Below the pieces are notes generated by a model, which saw only the letters and a list, made by a program, of their open reading frames with translations, had not been told where the DNA came from and did no database searches. A DNA stretch of 32,000 bases. Origin: Vibrio vulnificus CMCP6. Its GTDB lineage: Bacteria; Pseudomonadota; Gammaproteobacteria; Enterobacterales; Vibrionaceae. The stretch spans positions 1,500,001 through 1,532,000 of the forward strand of contig NC_004460.2 in the NCBI RefSeq assembly GCF_000039765.1, read 5' to 3'. Made by a program: the position numbers and the translations under genes. Positions 9,690 through 17,978 of the stretch are shown here, piece by piece (positions within the stretch are counted from its first letter, which is position 1; the number at the start of each line of letters is the position of its first letter).

Positions 9690-9701
9690 CTTCGTTACCT
9701 A

Positions 9702-9733
9702 TAAAAATGCCCAAGTCACCTGGGCATTTTTAT
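9702..9733. terminator. Bidirectional intrinsic terminator between the convergent LysR-like and PNP genes
   Basis: AAAAATGCCCA (9703-9713) pairs with TGGGCATTTTT (9721-9731) across a 7-nt loop. A-run on one side and T-run on the other allow it to work on both strands. Confidence 0.7.
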
Positions 9734-9755
9734 AGGTGAATTTGCAACGAGATTG

Positions 9756-10589
9756 TTAAGAAGTGGCAAAATGGCTCTTAATAAACGCTTTAATCAGTTT
9801 AATGAAATCCGCTTCGGCCAGTTTTGCACAGGCGAGGGTTTGAGCGTGTGAGAGAGTAACGTCGCTGAGCCCTTCAGCCATGTTGGTGATGGCGCACAAG
9901 GCCAACACAGGGAGGCCGCAGTGAGCGGCTGAAATGACCTCAGGAACAACCGACATGCCCACCACATCACCACCGATGATTTGCATCATGCGAATTTCCG
10001 CGGCGGTTTCAAAATTTGGTCCAGTGTATGAGACAAAGACCCCTTGATTGAGATGAATGCCCTCGGCCTCGGCGACAGTCAGTGCTTCGCTGCGCAGTGA
10101 TTTATCGTAGGCATTGGCAAGGCTGAAAAATCTTGGCCCGTAGGCGTCGTCGTTGGGGCCAGTCATCGGGGATTCTGGCATGGTGTTGATGTGATCGTTA
10201 AAGACCACCAAGGAACCCACATCGATGCGTTCAGGGCGGAGTGAGCCCGCGGCATTGGTGACCAGAAGAAATTCACAGCCTAAGCGCTTAAAGGTGCGCA
10301 CAGGGTTGGTCATCACTTTCATGGTTTGATGTTCGTAGTAATGGCCTCGGCCTTTCATGCAGATGACATCGATACCGAACAGTTTGCCCAGAACCAACTC
10401 GCCGCTGTGCCCCTCAACCGTGCTAACCGGAAAACCCTCCAGTTCTTGATACGGTATAACAATTTTGTCATCGAGTTCATCAGCAATCACGCCAAGGCCA
10501 GAGCCGAGAATAAACGCGACTTTAGGTTGGTAATTGGGTTTGTAGCTGTAAATGGTTTCAAGCGCTTGGTTGACTGGATCAAATGTCAT
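9756..10589 (-). CDS. Purine nucleoside phosphorylase, trimeric PNP/MTAP family (XapA/PunA-type, 277 aa)
   Basis: Motifs of the trimeric PNP family are present: FILGSGLG (phosphate loop), LLVTNAAGSL and GGDVVGMSVVPEV. Length and the divergent LysR neighbour resemble the E. coli xapA/xapR arrangement. That resemblance is a similarity judgement, not a verified orthology. Confidence 0.9.
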   Translation of the reverse strand: MTFDPVNQALETIYSYKPNYQPKVAFILGSGLGVIADELDDKIVIPYQELEGFPVSTVEGHSGELVLGKLFGIDVICMKGRGHYYEHQTMKVMTNPVRTFKRLGCEFLLVTNAAGSLRPERIDVGSLVVFNDHINTMPESPMTGPNDDAYGPRFFSLANAYDKSLRSEALTVAEAEGIHLNQGVFVSYTGPNFETAAEIRMMQIIGGDVVGMSVVPEVISAAHCGLPVLALCAITNMAEGLSDVTLSHAQTLACAKLAEADFIKLIKAFIKSHFATS

Positions 10590-10639
10590 GGTGTTTCCTC
10601 TTTCTTGTTATCTGATGAACACTTTAGCGCAAATGTTGT

Positions 10640-10685
10640 ATGGCAAAAATCGCTTAAAATGGCATGATTGTGCTGAATAATGGCA
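10640..10685. promoter_or_regulatory. Three phased direct repeats of ATGGCA in the PNP/LysR divergent promoter region
   Basis: ATGGCA occurs at 10640, 10659 and 10680 (spacing 19 and 21 bp, about two helical turns) between the PNP start (10589) and the LysR start (10703). Function not established. Confidence 0.25.
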
Positions 10686-10702
10686 CAAAATGAGGTGGGT
10701 AA

Positions 10703-11599
10703 GTGGAAGAAAGGATCACGCTTAAAATGTTGCGTTATTTTGATAAAGTGGCGCAGTTGGGGCAGTTCAGTCGGGCGGCGGAGCAGCTCAATATCACCAA
10801 GTCTCCTTTAAGTGCACAAATCAAAGAGTTGGAAGAGGTGTTGGGCACGGCGCTGTTTGAGAGAAACACGCGGAATGTACAACTGACTAAAGCTGGCGAA
10901 CAGTTGCAGGTAGAATGCGTCACTTTGTTTGCTCAGTTTGAACGCTCGATTCATCGGGTAAAGCAGTGCGCGCGCGAAGAGAGGCAGCAACTCGATATCG
11001 GCTTGATGAGTTCGATTTTCTGGGCCGGTTTTGGCCCCGCTTTTCATGCACTGCAACAACTGATGCCGCATGCCACGCTGAACTTACTTGAGCTCTCTCC
11101 TGAGAAGCAGGTCCGCCAGTTGTTGATGCACCAAATTGATCTAGGACTGGTGCGTTTTGCCGATACCCGTGATGTGGCGCCACTCTTGAGTGAGTGTCTC
11201 TACCAAGAATGCATGGTGGTGGCATTGCCCAGTGAACACCCATTAGCGCAACGAGGACAGTTAACGCTTAGTGACTTAAAATCGGCCGATTTTGTAATGC
11301 TCAAACAAGAGAACTCTTCGTCCACGCGTTTAATTGCTGAGTACTGCGCTAAGGCGGGTTATCGGCCCAACATCGTGCAAGAAGTGGTGGAGCCAAATAC
11401 GCTTCTGGCGGTGATTTCGGCGCGTCAGGCCGTGTCGATTGTGCCGCAGAGTTATGCCAATTTATCTTGGCCTCAAGTTCGTTTTATTCCATTAAAACAA
11501 CGCATTCCGGCGGGTGTTTATGCGCTTTATCATCCTGAGGCTCAGAGCAACATCAAGCGGATGATTGATGAACTCAAGCAAGCGATAGAAAAGAGATAG
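10703..11599 (+). CDS. LysR-family transcriptional regulator (divergent from the PNP gene)
   Basis: GTG start with GAGGTG RBS about 6 nt upstream; the alternative ATG is at 10727. HTH: LRYFDKVAQLGQFSRAAEQLNITKSPLSAQIKELEEVLGTALFERNTRNVQLTKAG. Full-length LysR substrate domain follows. Confidence 0.85.
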   Translation: MEERITLKMLRYFDKVAQLGQFSRAAEQLNITKSPLSAQIKELEEVLGTALFERNTRNVQLTKAGEQLQVECVTLFAQFERSIHRVKQCAREERQQLDIGLMSSIFWAGFGPAFHALQQLMPHATLNLLELSPEKQVRQLLMHQIDLGLVRFADTRDVAPLLSECLYQECMVVALPSEHPLAQRGQLTLSDLKSADFVMLKQENSSSTRLIAEYCAKAGYRPNIVQEVVEPNTLLAVISARQAVSIVPQSYANLSWPQVRFIPLKQRIPAGVYALYHPEAQSNIKRMIDELKQAIEKR

Positions 11600-11628
11600 A
11601 AAAAGTGGCAGAGAGAGCCGGGGAGAAT

Positions 11629-11661
11629 GAACCGCCAGCCTCAGTGAGGCGTTGGCGGTTC
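11629..11661. terminator. Long hairpin between the convergent LysR and collagenase genes (putative bidirectional terminator)
   Basis: GAACCGCCAGC...GTTGGCGGTTC form a stem of at least 10 bp with one G-U pair. There is no clear U-tract on either strand, hence the reduced confidence. Confidence 0.45.
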
Positions 11662-11668
11662 GGATCAC

Positions 11669-13816
11669 TTACTGCGCTTGCGCGGTGACGCGCACATCGA
11701 ACGCTTCACGCCCGCTGATGCTCAGATAGTAACGTCCGGCTTTCACATAGCCGTCGGATTCTTTTTCAATCTGGATACTTTCGTTGCTGCCGTGGGTAAA
11801 GTTTGTCCATTGATAGTCATGGTAGTGGCACACTTTATCAAAGCAGGCATAAAGATCGGCATCGCCGCTACCTTGGATCGTTAACGTGAGCTCGCGTGTA
11901 TTGGCGGCGACATCGACAAAGAAAAGCTTCTCGGCAAATTGCGCTCCACTGACGGAGAAGGGGGTATTGAGCGCCAGTTCTTGTGGTTTTTCTTCTTTGC
12001 TTGGCGGCGTCACGGTGTCATCAATATCTTTAGTGACGTCATCTAACCACAGCGAAAACTCGTCGGCGTAAATTGGGCCAATTTGTTCAAGGTAGGTAAC
12101 CCACTGTTTGTATTCACCAAGACGAGAATGATGGAGCAATTGTTCCACCGCTTCAGGGTGTTTTTCGAATAAGAAGCGCACGCCCAAATAACCCCAACGA
12201 TAAATGCGGTTCACTCCGTCGTTGTAACTGGTAGCAAACACTTCTGGTAGGGTGTGGGTTTTCTCTTTACCCAACACCAATGCAGCGTGGTAGCCTTCTT
12301 TGTAATACATGTACTCGGCAAAACCTTCGAGCCACCAAACAATGTGGCCTTCACGCATCGTCGTATGGAAATCCCCATACTGGTTGAATCGGCCATCTAA
12401 GTAATGCACGTACTCATGTTCGAGATTCAGAATCGAAAAATCGTCATCCCAGCCGTTTTGATAGGCAACGAATCGGGGAACGTTGTTGGCTTGGGACGGA
12501 TCGCGTTCGAGAAACTGGCCACCGTTGTTGGTGGTATTACCGAATAAAAACGAAGAATAGGTGCTGTAGTCGTCTTTGGTTTTGAAAACGATGACATCTA
12601 CGTTATCGCTATTGTCGTCGGGAACGGGTTGTTGATTGGTTTTTGCGACGGTGTGGAAATCGACCTCTTTGTCATTCAGCGTACGACACACTTGCTCCGC
12701 TTGGGCGAGAGTCATGGTTTGTGCCAGAATTTGTGCTGGACCTTGGCAATCGTGGCTAAAGGTCATGATACGTTGGCGAAGGCGCTCTTTGGCATCTTGC
12801 AGACCAAGTTCTGCAGCGTGCTCTGGGGCATAAGCGTTGACCATCTCCGCAATGCCAACCCAGACGCGATCCGATTGCCCGCCAAGTGGAAATTGTTGGA
12901 GTAGCGTCGCCAAGGTTTGCGTCATTTTCTCTTTTAGCTTGTCATCATCGGTTTTGATTAAGCGCGCCAGTTCTCTCGCGGCGTTGCCAATGAGAAACTC
13001 GCTGTCGGTGCCAAGCGCCCACTGGTTGTGGCTAACAAAAGTCGACAAGGTGTCGATATAACGGTGATCATTGGCTAAGAGTTGATAAAAATCATCACTT
13101 TGTGAGTGGCCTGCCATGGCAACGAAAATGTTATTGATGGCTTTGCGGTAGTAGTAGTTTTCCGTCAAGCGCTGCTCAAATTGGTTAAGTAGAGCAAAAA
13201 CATCGCTTGCTGCAATGTGTAACTGACGCACACTGTCGACGATGATCAACATCGATCCCAACGCTTTCATCTGTTCGTCACCCATTTCTAGTGCATGGGT
13301 ATTACGTAGGAAGGTTGCTGATGTTGTCGCGATATTCTGGCTTAACTCGGTGCTAAAAGGCGCTATTTTTCTCGCATACGTATCGTGACGGTTTTTATAG
13401 GCGGCTTTGATGAACTCTGCCAAATAGTAAATATGCTTGGCGGTTTTTTCTTCGCCTTGATATTGATTAACGGTCTCTAATAACGCGTCATTAACCAGTG
13501 CTAGGTTTTGTTCAGAGAATAAGGCATCCGCTTCGATTTGACTGGTGCTAAACCATGAACTCATGCAGTCGTAATCGGCATTCGCGATTTGAGATGCAAA
13601 ACTTGATGTGTCAGCGATAAGCTGAGTCGCTGTGCATTGGCCGGATTTGGTAAAACGATCATCCGGATTGGTTGTCGGCGTATCGGGCTTATCAGGTTGC
13701 ACGGTTGGAGAAGAGGAGCTACCACCAGAGTCTCCACCACAACCACTCAAGCCAAAAATAATGGCTAGAGCGAGGATGGAGCGCTTATTTTGTTGTAATG
13801 TCATTATAATATCCAT
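11669..13816 (-). CDS. Microbial collagenase, peptidase family M9 (Vibrio type), with lipoprotein signal and C-terminal PPC domain
   Basis: Zinc site LEHEYVHYLDG (HExxH) with the third-ligand segment WWLEGFAEYM, typical of M9. The C-terminal pre-peptidase (PPC) signature is TIQGSGDADLY. The N-terminus ILALAIIFGLSGC carries an LSGC lipobox, followed by a Ser/Pro/Thr linker. Alternative start at 13804. Confidence 0.9.
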   Translation of the reverse strand: MDIIMTLQQNKRSILALAIIFGLSGCGGDSGGSSSSPTVQPDKPDTPTTNPDDRFTKSGQCTATQLIADTSSFASQIANADYDCMSSWFSTSQIEADALFSEQNLALVNDALLETVNQYQGEEKTAKHIYYLAEFIKAAYKNRHDTYARKIAPFSTELSQNIATTSATFLRNTHALEMGDEQMKALGSMLIIVDSVRQLHIAASDVFALLNQFEQRLTENYYYRKAINNIFVAMAGHSQSDDFYQLLANDHRYIDTLSTFVSHNQWALGTDSEFLIGNAARELARLIKTDDDKLKEKMTQTLATLLQQFPLGGQSDRVWVGIAEMVNAYAPEHAAELGLQDAKERLRQRIMTFSHDCQGPAQILAQTMTLAQAEQVCRTLNDKEVDFHTVAKTNQQPVPDDNSDNVDVIVFKTKDDYSTYSSFLFGNTTNNGGQFLERDPSQANNVPRFVAYQNGWDDDFSILNLEHEYVHYLDGRFNQYGDFHTTMREGHIVWWLEGFAEYMYYKEGYHAALVLGKEKTHTLPEVFATSYNDGVNRIYRWGYLGVRFLFEKHPEAVEQLLHHSRLGEYKQWVTYLEQIGPIYADEFSLWLDDVTKDIDDTVTPPSKEEKPQELALNTPFSVSGAQFAEKLFFVDVAANTRELTLTIQGSGDADLYACFDKVCHYHDYQWTNFTHGSNESIQIEKESDGYVKAGRYYLSISGREAFDVRVTAQAQ

Positions 13817-14213
13817 AAATAAAGTCCGCGCGAACTATATCTATAGAGCCCTTACAAATTAAATTATTTATATTGATGATCCAATAAGCAGTTTTTATTT
13901 ATCTTCATTTGTTTATTTTTGATGAAAAATATCTGATTTGATTTTTAACTTATATTTAAACTTCTACACTCAGTATTCTATTCTTTATTTTATCTTAGAA
14001 CCCTGATGGCAGCGCTCTCGTAGAGTTAGGAAGCGGGTTCATGGTGAAACCGAGAAAGTGACGATAGCGGCCTGTAGTATTGCTTAAAATGTGACCTGCA
14101 AATCCCTTTTGGTTTACAAATTAAACATTTTGGTATCATTTGATTTACATCAAGGCGTAGTCTGGAAAGAGTAATTACTTTAAACGTCCGTTTGAAAATG
14201 AAATCAATTAGGG

Positions 14214-14597
14214 ATGATGATGTATTTACTTCTGCTTAAAGCGCATATTGGATTGATCGTATTAAGTTTTCTCAGCTTTGCTCTGAGAGCCTATTGGGGA
14301 TTCAAAGCGTCGACTTGGCTTATGAAAGAATGGCCCTTGAAGGTGCATAAAGTCATTACTTTGGTGATGTTGATCTCCGCTATCGCCCTGTGCCTAACGA
14401 TCAGCCAGTATCCCTTTGCCGATACCTGGCTAACAGAAAAATTGCTATTGCTGGTGGCTTATGTGGGGTTTGCGATGTTGGCGTTTAAACCTCAGCTCAA
14501 TCGCCAACTGCGCACGGCGTTTACCTCAGTGACGTGTATTTTATTTGCGATGATTTTCTACATCGCAAAAACGCATGTACCAATTATTCTCAGCTAA
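14214..14597 (+). CDS. Small 4-TM inner-membrane protein, SirB2-like
   Basis: 127 aa with four hydrophobic segments. The N-terminal LLKAHIGLIVLSFLSFALRAYWG resembles the SirB family as I remember it; the family call is unverified. Confidence 0.55.
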   Translation: MMMYLLLLKAHIGLIVLSFLSFALRAYWGFKASTWLMKEWPLKVHKVITLVMLISAIALCLTISQYPFADTWLTEKLLLLVAYVGFAMLAFKPQLNRQLRTAFTSVTCILFAMIFYIAKTHVPIILS

Positions 14598-14606
14598 TAC
14601 GACGCT

Positions 14607-16496
14607 TCAGCCCTTTTGAGGATGCTTTTCGTGTATGGCGTAATCAAAGATCTTACGAACCAAGGGCGCACCCACTCGTGCGCCTCCATTGCCGTGCTCT
14701 AATACGACAGTAGCGACAAACTCTGGGTGTTGATACGGGGCAAAAGCGGTGAACAAACCATGATCGAGCAAGGTTCTGGTGAGCTTTTGCGAGTTATAGG
14801 TTTCCCCTTTCGCCAGGCCGAAAACTTGCGCGGTTCCCGATTTTCCGCCACTGATGTAATCCGCCCCTTTAAACGCTTTGCGTCCAGATCCTTTGGAGCC
14901 ATGGTTGACCAGCCTCATGCCGTTGAGCGAAATGTTCCAAATGGCGTCTGGCACCTCGGCCATGCGCGTTTCTGTATCATAGTGAACGGGTTGAAGCGCG
15001 CTCATCTCTTCACCATGATTTTTTATCGCGTACAGCAGATGAGGTTGGGTTCGCTGCCCATGGTTGACCAAAATCGAGGTCGACTGCGCGATTTGCAAAG
15101 GCGTGGCGGTCCAGTATCCCTGTCCAATACCAATCGGTACGGTGTCACCCTGATACCAAGGCTCACGTTTGGTTTGCTGTTTCCATGCTCGAGTTGGCAT
15201 GTTCGCGGACGTTTCTTCATCGATATCTATCCCCGTACGGCGGCCAAAACCAAACGCATTCATCCAAGATGAAATTCGGTCAATGCCTAAATCAAATGCC
15301 ACTTGGTAGAAAAAGGAATCGACCGACTCTTCGATCGCTTTGGTCACATTTACGTCGCCATGGCCCCAACGTTTCCAATCTCGCCAACTGTGAGAAGTGC
15401 GTTTTGAACCGGGGATGCGCCATACCCCATGATTGTTACGAGTGGTGTTCGGTGTAATCACTTGCTCTTGCAGTGCGGCGATCGCCATAAACGGTTTGAC
15501 TGTAGAAGCGGGTGGATAAACGCCCAACGTAGCCCGGTTTAGCAATGGGTGCGCGGGGTTGTTTAAAAGAGCTCGATAGTCACGAACGGAGATACCAGAG
15601 ACAAACAGGTTCGGATCGTAACTCGGGCTAGAAACCATCGCCAGCACGCTGTTATCTTGTGGTGATAACACAATAGCGCTACCAGCTTGGTTGGCCATTT
15701 GTGTAAAAACATAGTTTTGCAGATCAGCATCGATATTGAGTATCAAATCCTTTCCCGCCACTGGTGGCACGTATTTTAAGGTGCGGATAATGCGGCCGTG
15801 GCTGTTAATTTCGACTTCCTGATACCCTTCTTGACCATGCAGCAACTCTTCGTAATGTTTCTCGATGCCAAGCTTGCCAATAAAGCGTGATGCCTTGTAA
15901 TTGTTCTGTTTCTCTTGCTCTTTCAACGTGGTGAGATCATGGTCATTGATGTGGGCAACATAACCAATGGTGTGAGTGAGAGAGGCTTTATAGGGATAGT
16001 AGCGGCGAAAATCGGTTGAAATTTGCACACCCGGAAGCTGATATTGGTGAACGGAAAACCGTGCCACTTCTTGCTCGGAGAGATCTTCTGCAATGGTGAT
16101 GGCTCGAAAATGACGAGTCTGTTTCAAACGCTGATAAAACTGCGCCTCTTGCTCATCGGAAAGAGAAATATAGCGTTTCAACATTTTGATGGTGTCAGGA
16201 ATGTTCTCGGCTTCTTCAGGAATCAATTCTAGGTCGTACACCAGAATGTTGTCGGCCAGTACCTGACCATGTCGGTCGTAGATGAGGCCTCTTACCGGCG
16301 CGATGGGTAGGATTTTGATTCGGTTATCATTGGAGCGAGTTTGGTAGTCGGCGAAATGATTCACTTCCAGATAATAGAGATTGGCAATGAGGACACCACA
16401 AAGCGCAAGGATAAATAGAAACGCGATGATGGCACGGCGAGCAAACATTTTGGACTCGTCCTTGTGACTTCTAAATTTGTGGTCGAAATGGTTCAT
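14607..16496 (-). CDS. Penicillin-binding protein 2-type peptidoglycan D,D-transpeptidase (class B PBP), stand-alone paralog
   Basis: N-terminal membrane anchor (IIAFLFILALCGVLIANLYYL), pedestal/dimerisation domain, and all three transpeptidase motifs: SxxK (ASTVKPF), SxD/N (EESVDSFFYQVA) and KSGT (GGKSGTAQV). No rodA/mrdB, rlmH or rsfS lies adjacent. Confidence 0.9.
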   Translation of the reverse strand: MNHFDHKFRSHKDESKMFARRAIIAFLFILALCGVLIANLYYLEVNHFADYQTRSNDNRIKILPIAPVRGLIYDRHGQVLADNILVYDLELIPEEAENIPDTIKMLKRYISLSDEQEAQFYQRLKQTRHFRAITIAEDLSEQEVARFSVHQYQLPGVQISTDFRRYYPYKASLTHTIGYVAHINDHDLTTLKEQEKQNNYKASRFIGKLGIEKHYEELLHGQEGYQEVEINSHGRIIRTLKYVPPVAGKDLILNIDADLQNYVFTQMANQAGSAIVLSPQDNSVLAMVSSPSYDPNLFVSGISVRDYRALLNNPAHPLLNRATLGVYPPASTVKPFMAIAALQEQVITPNTTRNNHGVWRIPGSKRTSHSWRDWKRWGHGDVNVTKAIEESVDSFFYQVAFDLGIDRISSWMNAFGFGRRTGIDIDEETSANMPTRAWKQQTKREPWYQGDTVPIGIGQGYWTATPLQIAQSTSILVNHGQRTQPHLLYAIKNHGEEMSALQPVHYDTETRMAEVPDAIWNISLNGMRLVNHGSKGSGRKAFKGADYISGGKSGTAQVFGLAKGETYNSQKLTRTLLDHGLFTAFAPYQHPEFVATVVLEHGNGGARVGAPLVRKIFDYAIHEKHPQKG

Positions 16497-16963
16497 TGCC
16501 TTGGTTACATTCTGTTACATCCTTCGGCAATATATCGAAACTCGCCATCAAGCTTTGTAAAGAACAGGTCAAGATTGTCCGAGAATTGACCCAGTGGATA
16601 ATTGCACGGCTAAATGCAAAAGAGCGGTTATTCACACGTGCGCAAATCGCCGCCTTCTACAGAAAACCTTCTAAAGAAAAAGAGCCAGCGGCTATCAGCC
16701 AACGTACCGAACTCAGCGAATGTGCCGAACTCGGCTGCGCCACAATGCGAACGCAGTGAAAAACTAAGTTGTGCATTCCAAACCAATTTGGAGCAAACAC
16801 ATCAAGCAAACAGTGGAATGCAAACTGGGCCGCAGTTTGTTTCGGCTTGTCACTTACCCAGACAAATCTCCTTTAGATTAGTAGGGCGTGCTACGCTTAA
16901 TAGCATTAATAATAAATTTATAATTAAGTGGCTGGTTTTTCTCAATTGAAAGAGTAGAGCAAA

Positions 16964-17806
16964 ATGATGCGGTTGTTGCTGATTTTATTATTGTTTTCTA
17001 GCCAGAGTTTTGCACTTGTTCTGCCCGTCGTGGTTGAAGAGAAGGTGCTGAAAGATTACCAAGCTTTCGTCAATGATCGAGACCCGCTTACGATAGACGA
17101 TTTTACTGGCCCCAAAGCGCGGCGCAGCACGGTAGAAATTGTGTTGCTTCAACAAGCGTTTATGTTGGGTGGGGTGCCCGTCACATTAGAGTTTCATACC
17201 GCCCCGGTGGCTGAACGTATTCGTCGTATGTCGATGCTGCCCGATTATGCCATGGCAGCGAACACCATTTGGGATTCCGCAGTGGGTGGGGATGGCGATC
17301 GTTTATGGGTCAGTGATGCGGTGATTCGCCAAGGGGAGTTTGAAGCGGGCCTGTATACCGTTAGCACCCGCGAGGATCTGCTTAATGAGCAGCAGCCAAT
17401 TCATATTGATCAGCTCTCTGCCGTCAGTAGTTCACAATGGGTGAGCGATTGGAACACTTTACAAGCCTTGCCGCTGAGTAACTTACTCAATGTGGCCGAT
17501 TGGGGCAATATGGTTGATATGGTGGGCCGCCACCGAGTCGATTTCCTGCTGGCGCCATTTCAGGTGTCTGATGATCTCTCGTTTACCACCCGAGGTTTTC
17601 AGTTTTTCCCTATTCCGAAAGTGAAAATTGGCTTAACCGGTTCGCGCCATTTCATTCTCTCCCGACAATTCCCTGAAAGCGAAAAACTGGCTCAAGCGCT
17701 CAATCAAGGCATCGCGATCCTTAGACAAAAAGGGACCATTGAGCGGGCGTTGATCGAATGCGGCTTTATCAACACCAAAGTCTCGAGCTGGAGCAAAATT
17801 AACTGA
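16964..17806 (+). CDS. Periplasmic protein, possibly an orphan type-2 solute-binding-fold protein
   Basis: Signal peptide MMRLLLILLLFSSQSFA/LV. Size and alternating pattern are reminiscent of the orphan family-3 substrate-binding-like proteins common in Vibrio. The functional assignment is weak. Confidence 0.55.
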   Translation: MMRLLLILLLFSSQSFALVLPVVVEEKVLKDYQAFVNDRDPLTIDDFTGPKARRSTVEIVLLQQAFMLGGVPVTLEFHTAPVAERIRRMSMLPDYAMAANTIWDSAVGGDGDRLWVSDAVIRQGEFEAGLYTVSTREDLLNEQQPIHIDQLSAVSSSQWVSDWNTLQALPLSNLLNVADWGNMVDMVGRHRVDFLLAPFQVSDDLSFTTRGFQFFPIPKVKIGLTGSRHFILSRQFPESEKLAQALNQGIAILRQKGTIERALIECGFINTKVSSWSKIN

Positions 17807-17894
17807 ACACAGTCCTTTATTGCATGACCTATTAGAGAGAACCGAATTAATCATAGAAAGAACGATTGATTCAAATTATGATCGCACACCAGTT

Positions 17895-17921
17895 AGGGGG
17901 GACAAATGTCCTCCCTTTTTG
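17895..17921 (+). terminator. Intrinsic terminator (or attenuator) between the periplasmic-protein gene and pnuC
   Basis: GGGGGGAC (17896-17903) pairs with GTCCTCCC (17908-17915) with one G-U pair, loop AAAT, followed by TTTTTG. Confidence 0.65.
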
Positions 17922-17978
17922 CTTGCTGCGGGATATACCATCTTTCTATCCAATAACACTCGATAAAAAGGACCTAAT

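Noticed and set aside
14000-14110. GC-richer patch within the AT-rich collagenase/SirB-like intergenic region, considered as a riboswitch (for example c-di-GMP GEMM) or an sRNA
   Set aside because: On either strand it forms only short 4-6-bp hairpins. It has none of the GEMM-I conserved segments I can recall and no terminator. The evidence is insufficient without an Rfam scan or transcript data.
14727-15272. 181-aa plus-strand ORF
   Set aside because: It is antisense inside the PBP2 transpeptidase domain (the KSGT and SxD motifs are on the minus frame). Shadow ORF.
16614-16949. 111-aa plus-strand ORF
   Set aside because: The translation is low-complexity (the repeated SANVPNSANVPNS reflects an imperfect DNA direct repeat around 16703-16735), and the ORF runs through hairpin-forming sequence. 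Not credible as a protein.
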